Translations under genes and position numbers: made by a program | Shown: piece after piece, positions 28,801-37,452 of the stretch | Numbering within the stretch: position 1 is the first letter of the stretch | Layout: every line of letters begins with the position of its first letter | From: Bacteroidales bacterium | GTDB lineage: Bacteria > Bacteroidota > Bacteroidia > Bacteroidales > VadinHA17 | Length of the DNA stretch: 64,000 nt | NCBI GenBank assembly: GCA_003141525.1 | Contig: PLML01000193.1 | Coordinates: forward strand, 719-64,718 | Direction of reading: 5' to 3' | Notes under the pieces: model-generated | What the model saw: only the letters and a program-made list of their open reading frames with translations | Told to the model about the DNA's origin: nothing | The model's database searches: none

Positions 28801-29092
28801 CGGTCGGAACCTTAAATTCTTTGCGATAACACCATTCATTTTTTGCCACATCATATAGACGTATATCGCCGGCACCATACCATATGGGCTTCAATATCCG
28901 TGCTGCCTCCAAATCTGACTGAATGTTTCCGGGGACAGTCGCAGGTATCCAATTGCTGCAGAATGCTGCGGTCGAGTCGTTGGGGATATCTTTTATTTTC
29001 CAATCATTCCCATTTAATAATAAGGTTTGTGCAGTAATTATAGAAATATTGTTTATAATTGAAAAAATAAATAAAAAAATAATCCTGTGCAT
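25808..29092 (-). CDS. GH2-family glycosidase (divergent long member)
   Basis: 1094 aa with an SPI signal. Motifs are 'VPGNIQSDLEAA', 'LVFDGVDYACEVWLNGKKIG', 'FGWDWG', 'WWPNGHGEQNLYNLEV', 'RIWGGG', the acid/base block 'NGGNEMGY' and the nucleophile block 'YGEFGYQ'. A ~250-aa C-terminal extension is absent from the other three GH2 genes. Confidence 0.8.
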   Translation of the reverse strand: MHRIIFLFIFSIINNISIITAQTLLLNGNDWKIKDIPNDSTAAFCSNWIPATVPGNIQSDLEAARILKPIWYGAGDIRLYDVAKNEWCYRKEFKVPTDFSAKRIRLVFDGVDYACEVWLNGKKIGSNPNMFRRFEFDVANILKIGETNRLDVRIASIPAISAPYIEKSDGKESGARTEWYFVEGLTKTLETLKDLKSPTNFGWDWGVNIWTLGIWKDVRLEASGVAAIEYLKIETPLSDNYKKAKVQVNVAVNSQTREKGTLKLKISGNGLERIAETPFSVTEGSNKLYVEIALENPALWWPNGHGEQNLYNLEVTLVDTSGKVIHSIHTHFGVRELRWQLTAEARADFPEKYMPVVNGLAIRMIGSNLVPPDLLFARIPERAPHLLRLAKASGFTALRIWGGGVIFTPEVYDLADELGIMMLLEIPIASLDPKPYPGLLNNLDTTLRNIIHQVWNHPSIIEYNGGNEMGYGGGGDFTVIKHIRKIFEEEDTERVFRDTDPITGGCHGPWNFTDPIGVYFTWDQLIPRVPDETGSIPTGPSSYVYPRMRYGEFGYQTPAHLEVWQREIPPSAQWPFEKENPIVIRKNITYAVFDEDAWLEKPVIDFLFGDAPNLEFLLKAGQYIGAEGLRYALDAIRRRGTAVGGMMTWDFNEPWTNGAGSYQVDYDGRLLMNNTFVRQAAAQLSLSLRHLSSLYNIRDGIKTTLYITSDADIPVKNLHWSWKARDRRGRVISSGKGSVEINPIEVKKLADISIKLPEKTAFGPVLVELQLSDSVGNVLNERVHIFGLGGVRAPLKGLLDNHIPDSDDNLKMLAKLQDTTGYANVKGRQLPEIFRPIMRTTLKVTSIVLRIEGEEEVLDLKLTNTGKMTALFCEPKPMLNYRTDLIMYNLYVCIAPNESRTIQIRAPLYPKDGLTLIQTGWRVESWNADPVEIKPSADILLALGREDRMCWEFAGYPGLAPSINTNLIQVKGRQPDAVKVPFLSDESKTLEWEFKGTALSMSQGALLSIHSSDQATTGAMISIDLNGKSFETELPEGYGFQKSDQAHLAQAKTVEVIIPKGVVKQGDNLLRIKVMGEGWFTWDALDLRSISTTK

Positions 29093-29104
29093 ATTTCTTT
29101 TTTT

Positions 29105-31918
29105 CTAATTAACAGGTACATCTAAAGTTTTAAGATAACTATTCCAGGCTTTAGCAGATAATTTTATTGAGCTTAAATTTTGATTCGACTTCTCCGAAAG
29201 CAAATTTACCTTTATCTGGCGTTTCTGCCCAAGTGGTAAGAAGAAATAATTGTCAGTAAAATAAGCTCGAATTTCACTTGTCGAATCAACATTTAATTCA
29301 ACAAAGAGTCCAACATTGTTCCCAACATTCTCGACTTCAATCACGCCTTCAGTATTTCCTTTCCCCATATTATGAAAATTGATCGCTTGAACCTTAAGAT
29401 TAGTAGATGTTGCATGCAATAATGCTTTTAATAAGGGAGGGGAAGTGTTTTTTGCGGATGTTTCTGATTTGGATTTCTGGATTCCAAATGTGTATAAATT
29501 TTCTGCAATTACTTTTTCGTTCAAGTCTAGCAACTCTACATAGAGCAATGCAACATCGCCTTCCATTCCGGGGGAAGGTCTCCACATTATTTTGTCTACT
29601 ATTTCGCTTTTTTCAGAATCAATATTAATAATCTCCTTTCCTTCATAACAAGTTTGACCATGAGTATTAAAAATACGCCAGCGTAACTTGTGATTAAGCA
29701 TTTTGTTTATATTATTATTACTAACCCATACTTCTATCGTAAGTGGTTGTTCCTGGTTACAGTAAAGGTTAGAATATACACAGCTTACATCAACCGGAAA
29801 GCAAGTATTCTTAGCATAGTAGTAAGCCATCTTAGGTTTACCATAATATTCCACAAGACAACCATGTGCAGCATTAGGCCATGGCTCGTTTAAAGTCCAG
29901 GAGGTGAATGCACTTCGATGCCATTGGTTGCGGCGCATACTTTGGTTGGCATAACGAAGTCCTTCTGCCTGAACAAACTGACTACAGCGAACGGTGGTTT
30001 CCAAATCTGGAAGCTGTCCAAACAAAAATGTATATTGTGAAGGGAGCAACCAAAGTTCATTTGTAGTTCCAAAAGCACCCAATCCTTTATGCCATTTCCA
30101 ATATGGATCTGAAAGTCTGACAGGCCAGAGGCTCTTTTCCGGCAAAATGCGCTTAAGCGTTTTTACTGAAGATGCCCCGGAGGCACCATATTCAGTCCAT
30201 TCGATCGGGTCATCAGGACCATCTGTCAGGGGATAGCCTGTGTTATAGGTCTGGTAATGAGTTTTATATTCATATCCGTATGGGCCATGCCGCTGGCCAA
30301 TTGTCTCAGGGTCGGGATCGTGAAACGGCCGGGAAGGGTCAACTTCATTGCATATCCGTCGTAACTGAGCCATCTGTCTGCTGTTTTGAGCATTTGTATA
30401 CCACTCGTTGCCGCCTCCATAACGAACAATGCAAGGATGATTTATTAATAATGGCAGGATTTGGCGTGTTTCTGAAGCTGTAATCTTGAGTGCTTCGTCA
30501 TTCTCAGGCAGTGGTACTCCTCCGTTAGGGAATTCTGCAAACAGCATAATACCATAGCGATCACACAGATCATAAAAAATCTGCTTGTCAATTATCCCCC
30601 CACCCCAAATTCTAAAAAGATTAAAGTTGGCCTGAGCTGCAAGACGTATCAAATGCTCATAAAATTCAACTCCCGGCCTGCCAAAAAGAAGATCGCACGG
30701 AAGCCAGTTCGCCCCCATCCCCATAATACGCTTGCCGTTAATTTGCATAAGATATTTAGGTGGCGTGATTGAATCAGTAATTTCAGCAATACGTGGCGGT
30801 GTATAAGGAAAATCCGGGGATAACGGATAATATACCTGGTAATTCTTATAAATTGGGGATCCGGGATTAGCAAGCAATTTTAGGTCACGGATTCCAAAGG
30901 TGGTCGAAATCTGGTCAAGCTGAGTATTTTTTTTAGCATCGCTGATAGTCACCAACATTTCGTATAGCTGCTGCCTGCCATAGCCATTGGGCCACCAAAG
31001 TTGCGGATTTTTTATTTCCACCACACCTTCAACTTCTTGTTCTCCATGTGAGAATGTAGCTTCTTTCTCAACGGTTGTTGGCTTATCATTTGCGGTGAGG
31101 CATTTTACATTGTAAGTCAGCCTAATGCGTTTATCTTTGTATGCCTGCAAGTTCATTTTTATGTTGAGCGTTGCTTTATCGTAAGGCGGTGATACCTTTG
31201 GTATTACAGTCAAATTTGAGACATATACATTTTCTATGGCAATCAATCGGACATCCTGCCAGATACCCATGGAAATCAGATCAGCACCCCAATCCCATCC
31301 CGAACTGGTCATACTCTTCCAATAAGGATAGGCAGGTCGCATACTTCCCATAACATCCCACTCATTAACTTCGGCAGCAATTTTCTGTCGAACTGATTCA
31401 GGAACCGAATGAATTAGAACCTTTAGTACATTTTTTTGCTCTAAGTGAATTTTTTCCGTTACATCAAATTCAAATGGAGTAAATTGTCCTTCATGTTTTC
31501 CGAGGTATTTACCATTTAACCATACATCCGTTAAATAATCAACAGCATCAAAACGAAGCCGAACATTTTTCCCTTTCCATTCTTGCCCTGCTTTGAATAT
31601 TTTCGTATACCACCATTCTTTGCCAGTTACCCACCGGGCTTCCTTGGTATTCATCAGGTAGTAAAGATCAGGGATTTTATGCGCTCGCTCGAGATCCCAA
31701 TGAATATCACCAGGTACATGTGCAGGAATGGCCTTCCCCTGCGGATAATCCATATTATATGCCTGTTCTTTCAATCCCTGCCCCGGGTTAAACGACATGA
31801 TGCTCCAGTCGTCTCCTGATAATAGCATCTCGTCTCGGACTGATTGCGTAATAGGTTGCTTTGAGCATGAAACAATAATGAATATTGATAATGCATAAAA
31901 AAACGATTTTGTTTTCAT
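29105..31918 (-). CDS. GH2-family glycosidase (beta-mannosidase / exo-beta-glucosaminidase-like subgroup), lipoprotein
   Basis: 937 aa with the lipobox 'FIIVSC'. Motifs are 'VPGDIHWDLERA', 'RFDAVDYLTDVWLNGKYLGKHEGQFTPFEFDVT', 'SGWDWG', 'WWPNGYGRQQLY', 'RIWGGG', 'GGGNEWY' and 'WTEYGASGASS'. Confidence 0.8.
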   Translation of the reverse strand: MKTKSFFYALSIFIIVSCSKQPITQSVRDEMLLSGDDWSIMSFNPGQGLKEQAYNMDYPQGKAIPAHVPGDIHWDLERAHKIPDLYYLMNTKEARWVTGKEWWYTKIFKAGQEWKGKNVRLRFDAVDYLTDVWLNGKYLGKHEGQFTPFEFDVTEKIHLEQKNVLKVLIHSVPESVRQKIAAEVNEWDVMGSMRPAYPYWKSMTSSGWDWGADLISMGIWQDVRLIAIENVYVSNLTVIPKVSPPYDKATLNIKMNLQAYKDKRIRLTYNVKCLTANDKPTTVEKEATFSHGEQEVEGVVEIKNPQLWWPNGYGRQQLYEMLVTISDAKKNTQLDQISTTFGIRDLKLLANPGSPIYKNYQVYYPLSPDFPYTPPRIAEITDSITPPKYLMQINGKRIMGMGANWLPCDLLFGRPGVEFYEHLIRLAAQANFNLFRIWGGGIIDKQIFYDLCDRYGIMLFAEFPNGGVPLPENDEALKITASETRQILPLLINHPCIVRYGGGNEWYTNAQNSRQMAQLRRICNEVDPSRPFHDPDPETIGQRHGPYGYEYKTHYQTYNTGYPLTDGPDDPIEWTEYGASGASSVKTLKRILPEKSLWPVRLSDPYWKWHKGLGAFGTTNELWLLPSQYTFLFGQLPDLETTVRCSQFVQAEGLRYANQSMRRNQWHRSAFTSWTLNEPWPNAAHGCLVEYYGKPKMAYYYAKNTCFPVDVSCVYSNLYCNQEQPLTIEVWVSNNNINKMLNHKLRWRIFNTHGQTCYEGKEIINIDSEKSEIVDKIMWRPSPGMEGDVALLYVELLDLNEKVIAENLYTFGIQKSKSETSAKNTSPPLLKALLHATSTNLKVQAINFHNMGKGNTEGVIEVENVGNNVGLFVELNVDSTSEIRAYFTDNYFFLPLGQKRQIKVNLLSEKSNQNLSSIKLSAKAWNSYLKTLDVPVN

Positions 31919-31978
31919 CTTTTCTATTTATCTGATTAATATATTATATCCATATTTTCCTGCTTTAACACATATGGT

Positions 31979-34579
31979 TTAGTCAATCAAATCAATTTCT
32001 ATAGTGAATTCACCCTCCTCATGCTTTTCAGAATCAATCCAATATACCGTATCGTTTTCCGGATCTCCATCTCCGCGTTCGTCTGCTGCGTAGTACCAGC
32101 CTGCCATAGGTTTTATCCACGTAGTTTTGAGCTGTTTGTCATAAAACCAGCCTTTCTTAGTGCCGTCTGAGACTAACTCTTCCTTTGTTTTGTTTTGGAT
32201 TAAGATTTGGGTTCCTTTAGATATCTGAACCGGCTCATCCTGACAGTGGACGCTTAGGAGATAGCTTCTGTTTTTAGGCATATTACCATAGGTTCCCTCT
32301 CTTTTACCTATAGTTATCAGGATGTTCTTTCTGGTTTGACGGCAACTAAAATTTGTTGTAGTGAAGACGCCGGTTTCATAATCATAGGTTGTGCCATCAT
32401 CTTCATACAAAATATAAGCGGAAGTTTCAAAAGGATAAATATCTAAAACGACAATTTTTAATGGTTCCTTATCGACATAAGCCATAACCGGTCCTGTTGG
32501 AATAATTGCTCCTCCTTTTACAAAAAGAGGACCTCCCACAATGACAGGGCAACTATGATTTTTCTTCCATTCTCCCGCACTTTTGAATTCCTCACCTGTC
32601 CAATAATCAAACCATTTTCCTGCAGGCAAATAGACATCGTTGTTATAGGCTGCCAATAAAAACCAGTCGCCCAACATACATTGATGATCAAGCTTATAGG
32701 TGATCGGATCGTCCTGGTATTCCAGTACCATTGCGCGCATGTATGGAGTACCTGTTTTATGAGCCTGCCAGTGTGTGCTGTAGATATAGGGGATGAGTTT
32801 ATATCTCAATTTAAGATATAACTGACACATACTGGCAATCGATGCATCTGTAGGAGCCTTATTCTGTATTTGTATTCCAGGGATATCGCCCTGGGGTGCG
32901 GGGCTCAATGCACCGGGCATCCAGGGTCCCAGAAGCGACCAGTGTATTCCGGCCGGACTACGGTCGGTGAAATCATGCGAAGTATAGGTATGTCCCGACA
33001 TTCCCAGGTTCATTTCCCCCACAAACATTTGGTATCCTCCTCCGGAATCGCCACTGGGCCAGATGCCAGGGTATTGCTGCTGTGCAGGGCCAACCGCTGG
33101 GTTAAAGTTTACATACCTTTTACCGGTATGCTCTTTATATCCCTCATACATTATTTTTGAATACAGGGTTGGGATGATATTATGCATTTCTTTCCCTGTC
33201 AGGCCATTTTTATAAGGCTCATCCGGATACCATTCGCTTTGCCCGCATCCATCCTGTTTAAAAAAGGATATTCCCTGGTCATAGAAATGATTGTGAATAT
33301 TTTTATATTTTTTAACATCATCTGGATTAGTTATATCAACACCCCATTCATTGGCATTACGTTTCAACAAATCCCATGAAGTAAAAATCCAATCAGCAGG
33401 ACCACATTGCCAGAGCCCTAACTTAAAGCCCAGATTTGTCAATTCAGCAATCATTGCATCGGGATTAGGGAATCTTTCCGGGCTCCAGCCATCCATACGA
33501 TAGGGTCGTTTTGTCCAACCAGGTTCCAAAAGGAGTATATCGCAGGGAAAATCTTTCTTGCGAAAATCGTGAGCAATTTTTAACACATCGGGCTGAATCT
33601 GGTCAAAATGACAGATTTGAAAATACCCCAAGCTCCATTTTGGCAGCAGGGGCGTTTTTCCGGTGAGCCCTGTATAACTGTCGAGTATTTTTTTGAAAGA
33701 AGGGCCGTAAATGAAATAGTAATCAAGAGAATCAGTATTGGGAACATGGTTTGGAACGCCGCCAAGGGTTATGGACCAGGAATTTGTATTGGTATTTCCA
33801 AGGTCAAAAATACTATCCCGGAAATTATTCAGATAAATTCCATACCCTTTTGTGCTCATAAAGAACGGGATTACTGCAGGAGTCATGCATTGACCCGACC
33901 AGTTGGGACCGAGACAGAAAAACGTTTTCTTACCGGTTTGATCCAAGCCAATAATCCCTTCTTCCAATTGTGTCCCATGAATTGATAAATTACCATATTG
34001 AGGATACCGGTAATACTTAAAAGGGGCATCAGGATTTTTTGTACCAATCCCTTCTCCCATGCCAAAAAAGTGCTCATCATCAGATTTATCCATTTGTAAA
34101 CGGGCGCCATCTCCGGCGACCATCCCCCGTGAACTTTCTTTTGTCAATATGTTACCTTTCTTATCCAGAACTGTAATTCTGAAAGGGCTTTTCTTGATCT
34201 CTATTTTAATCTCAGGTGTTTCAATTATTATCATCCTGTCACTATCTTTTACCGTAAACTTTGGGGCGGGGAAAGAGTCATCCTGCTTTACCAATCCCCA
34301 GTCTATCAGTTCTGAAAGCTTGAAAATCCCATTGGCAGAGTATTGAACCCTAAATATGTCGTCGGCAAGAATATTTATTTTTACTTTTTGTTGTTTGTAA
34401 CAATCAAAAGCGATTGCACTACCATCCCTCTTCCATGTTCTTACATCACCTATAATTTCCATGCCTGAATAACCTGATCTTATCTGTCTGGCTATTGACG
34501 AAGTTCTGCCAAAAAGCAGTGCAGTACCAACAATACCACATCGCTTTAAAAAATCTCTTCTATCCTGTTTTTTTGACAT
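31979..34579 (-). CDS. GH31-family alpha-glycosidase (alpha-xylosidase/alpha-glucosidase type), Tat-exported
   Basis: 866 aa with the twin-arginine leader 'MSKKQDRRDFLKRCGIVGTALLFG'. 'ISFFKQDGCGQSEW' parallels the YicI-type nucleophile block 'CFKTDFGE'. 'IWPSGDSGGGY' parallels the 'WSGD' acid/base block. Confidence 0.75.
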   Translation of the reverse strand: MSKKQDRRDFLKRCGIVGTALLFGRTSSIARQIRSGYSGMEIIGDVRTWKRDGSAIAFDCYKQQKVKINILADDIFRVQYSANGIFKLSELIDWGLVKQDDSFPAPKFTVKDSDRMIIIETPEIKIEIKKSPFRITVLDKKGNILTKESSRGMVAGDGARLQMDKSDDEHFFGMGEGIGTKNPDAPFKYYRYPQYGNLSIHGTQLEEGIIGLDQTGKKTFFCLGPNWSGQCMTPAVIPFFMSTKGYGIYLNNFRDSIFDLGNTNTNSWSITLGGVPNHVPNTDSLDYYFIYGPSFKKILDSYTGLTGKTPLLPKWSLGYFQICHFDQIQPDVLKIAHDFRKKDFPCDILLLEPGWTKRPYRMDGWSPERFPNPDAMIAELTNLGFKLGLWQCGPADWIFTSWDLLKRNANEWGVDITNPDDVKKYKNIHNHFYDQGISFFKQDGCGQSEWYPDEPYKNGLTGKEMHNIIPTLYSKIMYEGYKEHTGKRYVNFNPAVGPAQQQYPGIWPSGDSGGGYQMFVGEMNLGMSGHTYTSHDFTDRSPAGIHWSLLGPWMPGALSPAPQGDIPGIQIQNKAPTDASIASMCQLYLKLRYKLIPYIYSTHWQAHKTGTPYMRAMVLEYQDDPITYKLDHQCMLGDWFLLAAYNNDVYLPAGKWFDYWTGEEFKSAGEWKKNHSCPVIVGGPLFVKGGAIIPTGPVMAYVDKEPLKIVVLDIYPFETSAYILYEDDGTTYDYETGVFTTTNFSCRQTRKNILITIGKREGTYGNMPKNRSYLLSVHCQDEPVQISKGTQILIQNKTKEELVSDGTKKGWFYDKQLKTTWIKPMAGWYYAADERGDGDPENDTVYWIDSEKHEEGEFTIEIDLID

Positions 34580-34599
34580 AGCTTAAATTTTTAAATTAT

Positions 34600-37428
34600 C
34601 TATAAATTCCAGGCATCAGCGAAAATACTTGTTGGTCTGAAGATGTTCTTAACATTCGGAGAGACCAAAATATCAACTATCCTTTCTTCTCCTGGTAATA
34701 GTATAAAGTAATTATCCCTAAAGTACACCTCATCGGGCTTATTATAACATTTTAATTGCACAAATAGGGCAGGCACTTTTGAAGTGTTTTTTACACTTGC
34801 TTGATAGCAGAACATTTTATCATCACCCCACTGCTCTTTAGTATAGTATTTGACAAATAGTTTTAAATGTGTTCGGGGTGCATCTAACATTGGGCGCATA
34901 TAGGCGTCCTGGTTTGTCCAGGTCTGATATAAATCACCGGAGGGTGCATCTATCATTGGGCGCATATAAGATATATTTTCCCCTTCCGATGCCGAATTTT
35001 TAACTCCTAAAGTGTAGGTTTCGCTTGACAGTGATTTGTTTTTATCATCCGACAAATCAAAACGAACCAGCAAGACATTGTTATTTACTTCCTGTGGAAC
35101 TATAAAACTCAGACTATCTATTTCATGTGATGAAATAGCATCAATTACCACCTCTTTGCTGTTTTTATAATACACTTTACCATTTAAGTCGACAATTTGT
35201 GTTATTAACTTAGTTCCTTTAATTGCTATGGGCTTCGCATTAGTCGCAAATATTGTCAGTTTTATGGTATCGGCGGTATGAAAGGTTATGGTATTGAGTT
35301 TGGCACTTACATCAATTTGTGCAAATGAGTTCCGAACATAATATAATGCCATTTTGGGTAGTCCGTAATATTCGACGATCGAGCCATGAGCAACATTGGG
35401 CCATGGTTCATTAAATGTCCACATAAAACAGCCACTACGATGCCATTTTGCCCTTCGGTGAGACTGGTTGGCATAACGATAACCTTCAGACTGGACAAAT
35501 TGACTCATTTTGATTTCGGTTTCCAAATCGGAGGACTCGCCAAATATACTTCTGTAAGTTTCAGGTACCAACCAACATAAAGGATCAAATGCATGTAAGC
35601 CATTATGCCATCGCCAAACGGAATCTATTATTGTTGGTAAAGGACCATTATTGATAGGAGCTCCTTTAAAGAAAGAATCAAGGGGTGATATGGGCCATCT
35701 GTCTTTTTCTTCCGGAATAACACGTTTAATTGTTTCGAAAGAGGAAGCTCCTGATGCCCCGTATTCAGAGAATTCCACAGGATTAGCTGGTCCGGCATAT
35801 TCTCGTGGATAACCTGTGTTGTATTGATTGTACGTCCCCGGGAATCTAAAATAGTAAGGACCATGTCTTTGCATACCGGGTATAGGGTCGGATGCAATTA
35901 CGGCTCGGTGTGGATCAAGTTCTGAACAAATTTTCTCATATAGTCTTACGTGTATGCTATTTTCTCTTGTAAGAACCAGTTCGTTACCAAAACCATATCG
36001 AAAGACCGAGGGGTGATTAATCAACAACGGCATGACCTGCTGTTGTTCTTTTGATACATTGGCAAATATTTCCGGTGTTTCTAAGGGCTGTGCGAAGGCA
36101 TTAGGCATTTCTTGATAAACCAAGATACCATACTGGTCACACAAATCATAAAATATTTGCTTTTCAATCAGACCTCCGCTGAAAATACGGAATGCATTAT
36201 AATTTGCTAAAGAAGCCATGCGTATCAGATGCTCATATTCTTTTTTGCCTGGACGACCATACAGCAGGTCGGCAGGAAGCCAATTGCCCCCATGCAGAAA
36301 AATACGTTGTCCATTAATCTCTGTAAGAAATTTTTCAGGATTTACAGGCTGGATATAATCACTCGCCCCAGGATTATCAAGTATTTTTATCTCCCGGATA
36401 CCAAAACGATTACTGATTTGATCTAACACTCTACCAGTTTTCGGATCTCTGGCCGTGACAGTTAAAAGGTACAGAATCTGTTTGCCATAGCCATTAGGCC
36501 ACCAAAGGGCAGGATTATTAATTTCTAAAGAATCCTCAATTTGTTTATTGACAATTCCAGTATTTAAAGTTTGAGAACCAATTGCCTGTGGGGCTTTTGC
36601 GTTAATACATTCTGCTTTATAATTAAGTTCCACATCCTCGGAAGAGATATTATTTATATCAAGCTTAATTTTAAGTTTTGCTTTCTGATAAGGTGCTTTT
36701 GTTTCAGGAAAAATTAGTAGCCGGTCAAGATAGAGCCCATTTGTAGCAGAAATGGTAACATCCTGCCAAATACCCATACTCCAAAGTCGGGTCCCCCAGT
36801 CCCATCCTGTCATAGCGCGGCATTTCCAGAATTTTAGTGTTTCGTTAACTATTTTGTATGCATTAGAAGCCCATCTGTTACCATTAATAAATGCATCAAT
36901 AATGTTCTTGGGAGCAGGTTCTATTAGCATAATCAGCTCATTTTCTTTATCAAAATTCATCTTGTCACTTACCTCAAATTCAAAAGGTGTAAACTGTCCA
37001 TCGTGACTTCCCAAAAATTTTCCATTGAGCCATATCTTTGTAGCATAATCAACCCCTGCAAAATTCAGTCGTATTCGCTTATTCTCCCATTCTTTTTTTG
37101 AGATGGTGAATATTTTGCGATACCACCACTCTTTGAGTGCATAAGGGTAAGTTTCCTTTGCATTCATACCTATGAATATATCGGGTAATTCGCCGGCACG
37201 CATCAAATCCCAATAAATATCACCCGGCACCTTTGCCGGAATAGCCCTCATTGCATCATATTTATTTGCATAATACTCTTCCTTTTCACCTTTTTCAGGA
37301 ATAGTAGAAACTACTTCCCAATCTTCGCCGTTCAAATTATAAGTTAACCGACCTTCTTGTGCAAAAGATCTCATTGGAATTAAAGCAATTATTAAATACA
37401 AATAAGTTGATGCGAATAGAAGTTTCAT
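34600..37428 (-). CDS. GH2-family glycosidase (beta-mannosidase-like subgroup)
   Basis: 942 aa with an SPI signal ('SFAQEG'). Motifs are 'VPGDIYWDLMRA', 'NFAGVDYATKIWLNGKFLGSHDGQFTPFEFEVS', 'TGWDWG', 'WWPNGYGKQILY', 'GFGNELV' and 'FSEYGASGASS'. It contains an internal 27-nt direct repeat (see findings). Confidence 0.8.
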   Translation of the reverse strand: MKLLFASTYLYLIIALIPMRSFAQEGRLTYNLNGEDWEVVSTIPEKGEKEEYYANKYDAMRAIPAKVPGDIYWDLMRAGELPDIFIGMNAKETYPYALKEWWYRKIFTISKKEWENKRIRLNFAGVDYATKIWLNGKFLGSHDGQFTPFEFEVSDKMNFDKENELIMLIEPAPKNIIDAFINGNRWASNAYKIVNETLKFWKCRAMTGWDWGTRLWSMGIWQDVTISATNGLYLDRLLIFPETKAPYQKAKLKIKLDINNISSEDVELNYKAECINAKAPQAIGSQTLNTGIVNKQIEDSLEINNPALWWPNGYGKQILYLLTVTARDPKTGRVLDQISNRFGIREIKILDNPGASDYIQPVNPEKFLTEINGQRIFLHGGNWLPADLLYGRPGKKEYEHLIRMASLANYNAFRIFSGGLIEKQIFYDLCDQYGILVYQEMPNAFAQPLETPEIFANVSKEQQQVMPLLINHPSVFRYGFGNELVLTRENSIHVRLYEKICSELDPHRAVIASDPIPGMQRHGPYYFRFPGTYNQYNTGYPREYAGPANPVEFSEYGASGASSFETIKRVIPEEKDRWPISPLDSFFKGAPINNGPLPTIIDSVWRWHNGLHAFDPLCWLVPETYRSIFGESSDLETEIKMSQFVQSEGYRYANQSHRRAKWHRSGCFMWTFNEPWPNVAHGSIVEYYGLPKMALYYVRNSFAQIDVSAKLNTITFHTADTIKLTIFATNAKPIAIKGTKLITQIVDLNGKVYYKNSKEVVIDAISSHEIDSLSFIVPQEVNNNVLLVRFDLSDDKNKSLSSETYTLGVKNSASEGENISYMRPMIDAPSGDLYQTWTNQDAYMRPMLDAPRTHLKLFVKYYTKEQWGDDKMFCYQASVKNTSKVPALFVQLKCYNKPDEVYFRDNYFILLPGEERIVDILVSPNVKNIFRPTSIFADAWNL

Positions 37429-37452
37429 ATTTGTCTTTTTAGCAAAAATTAG

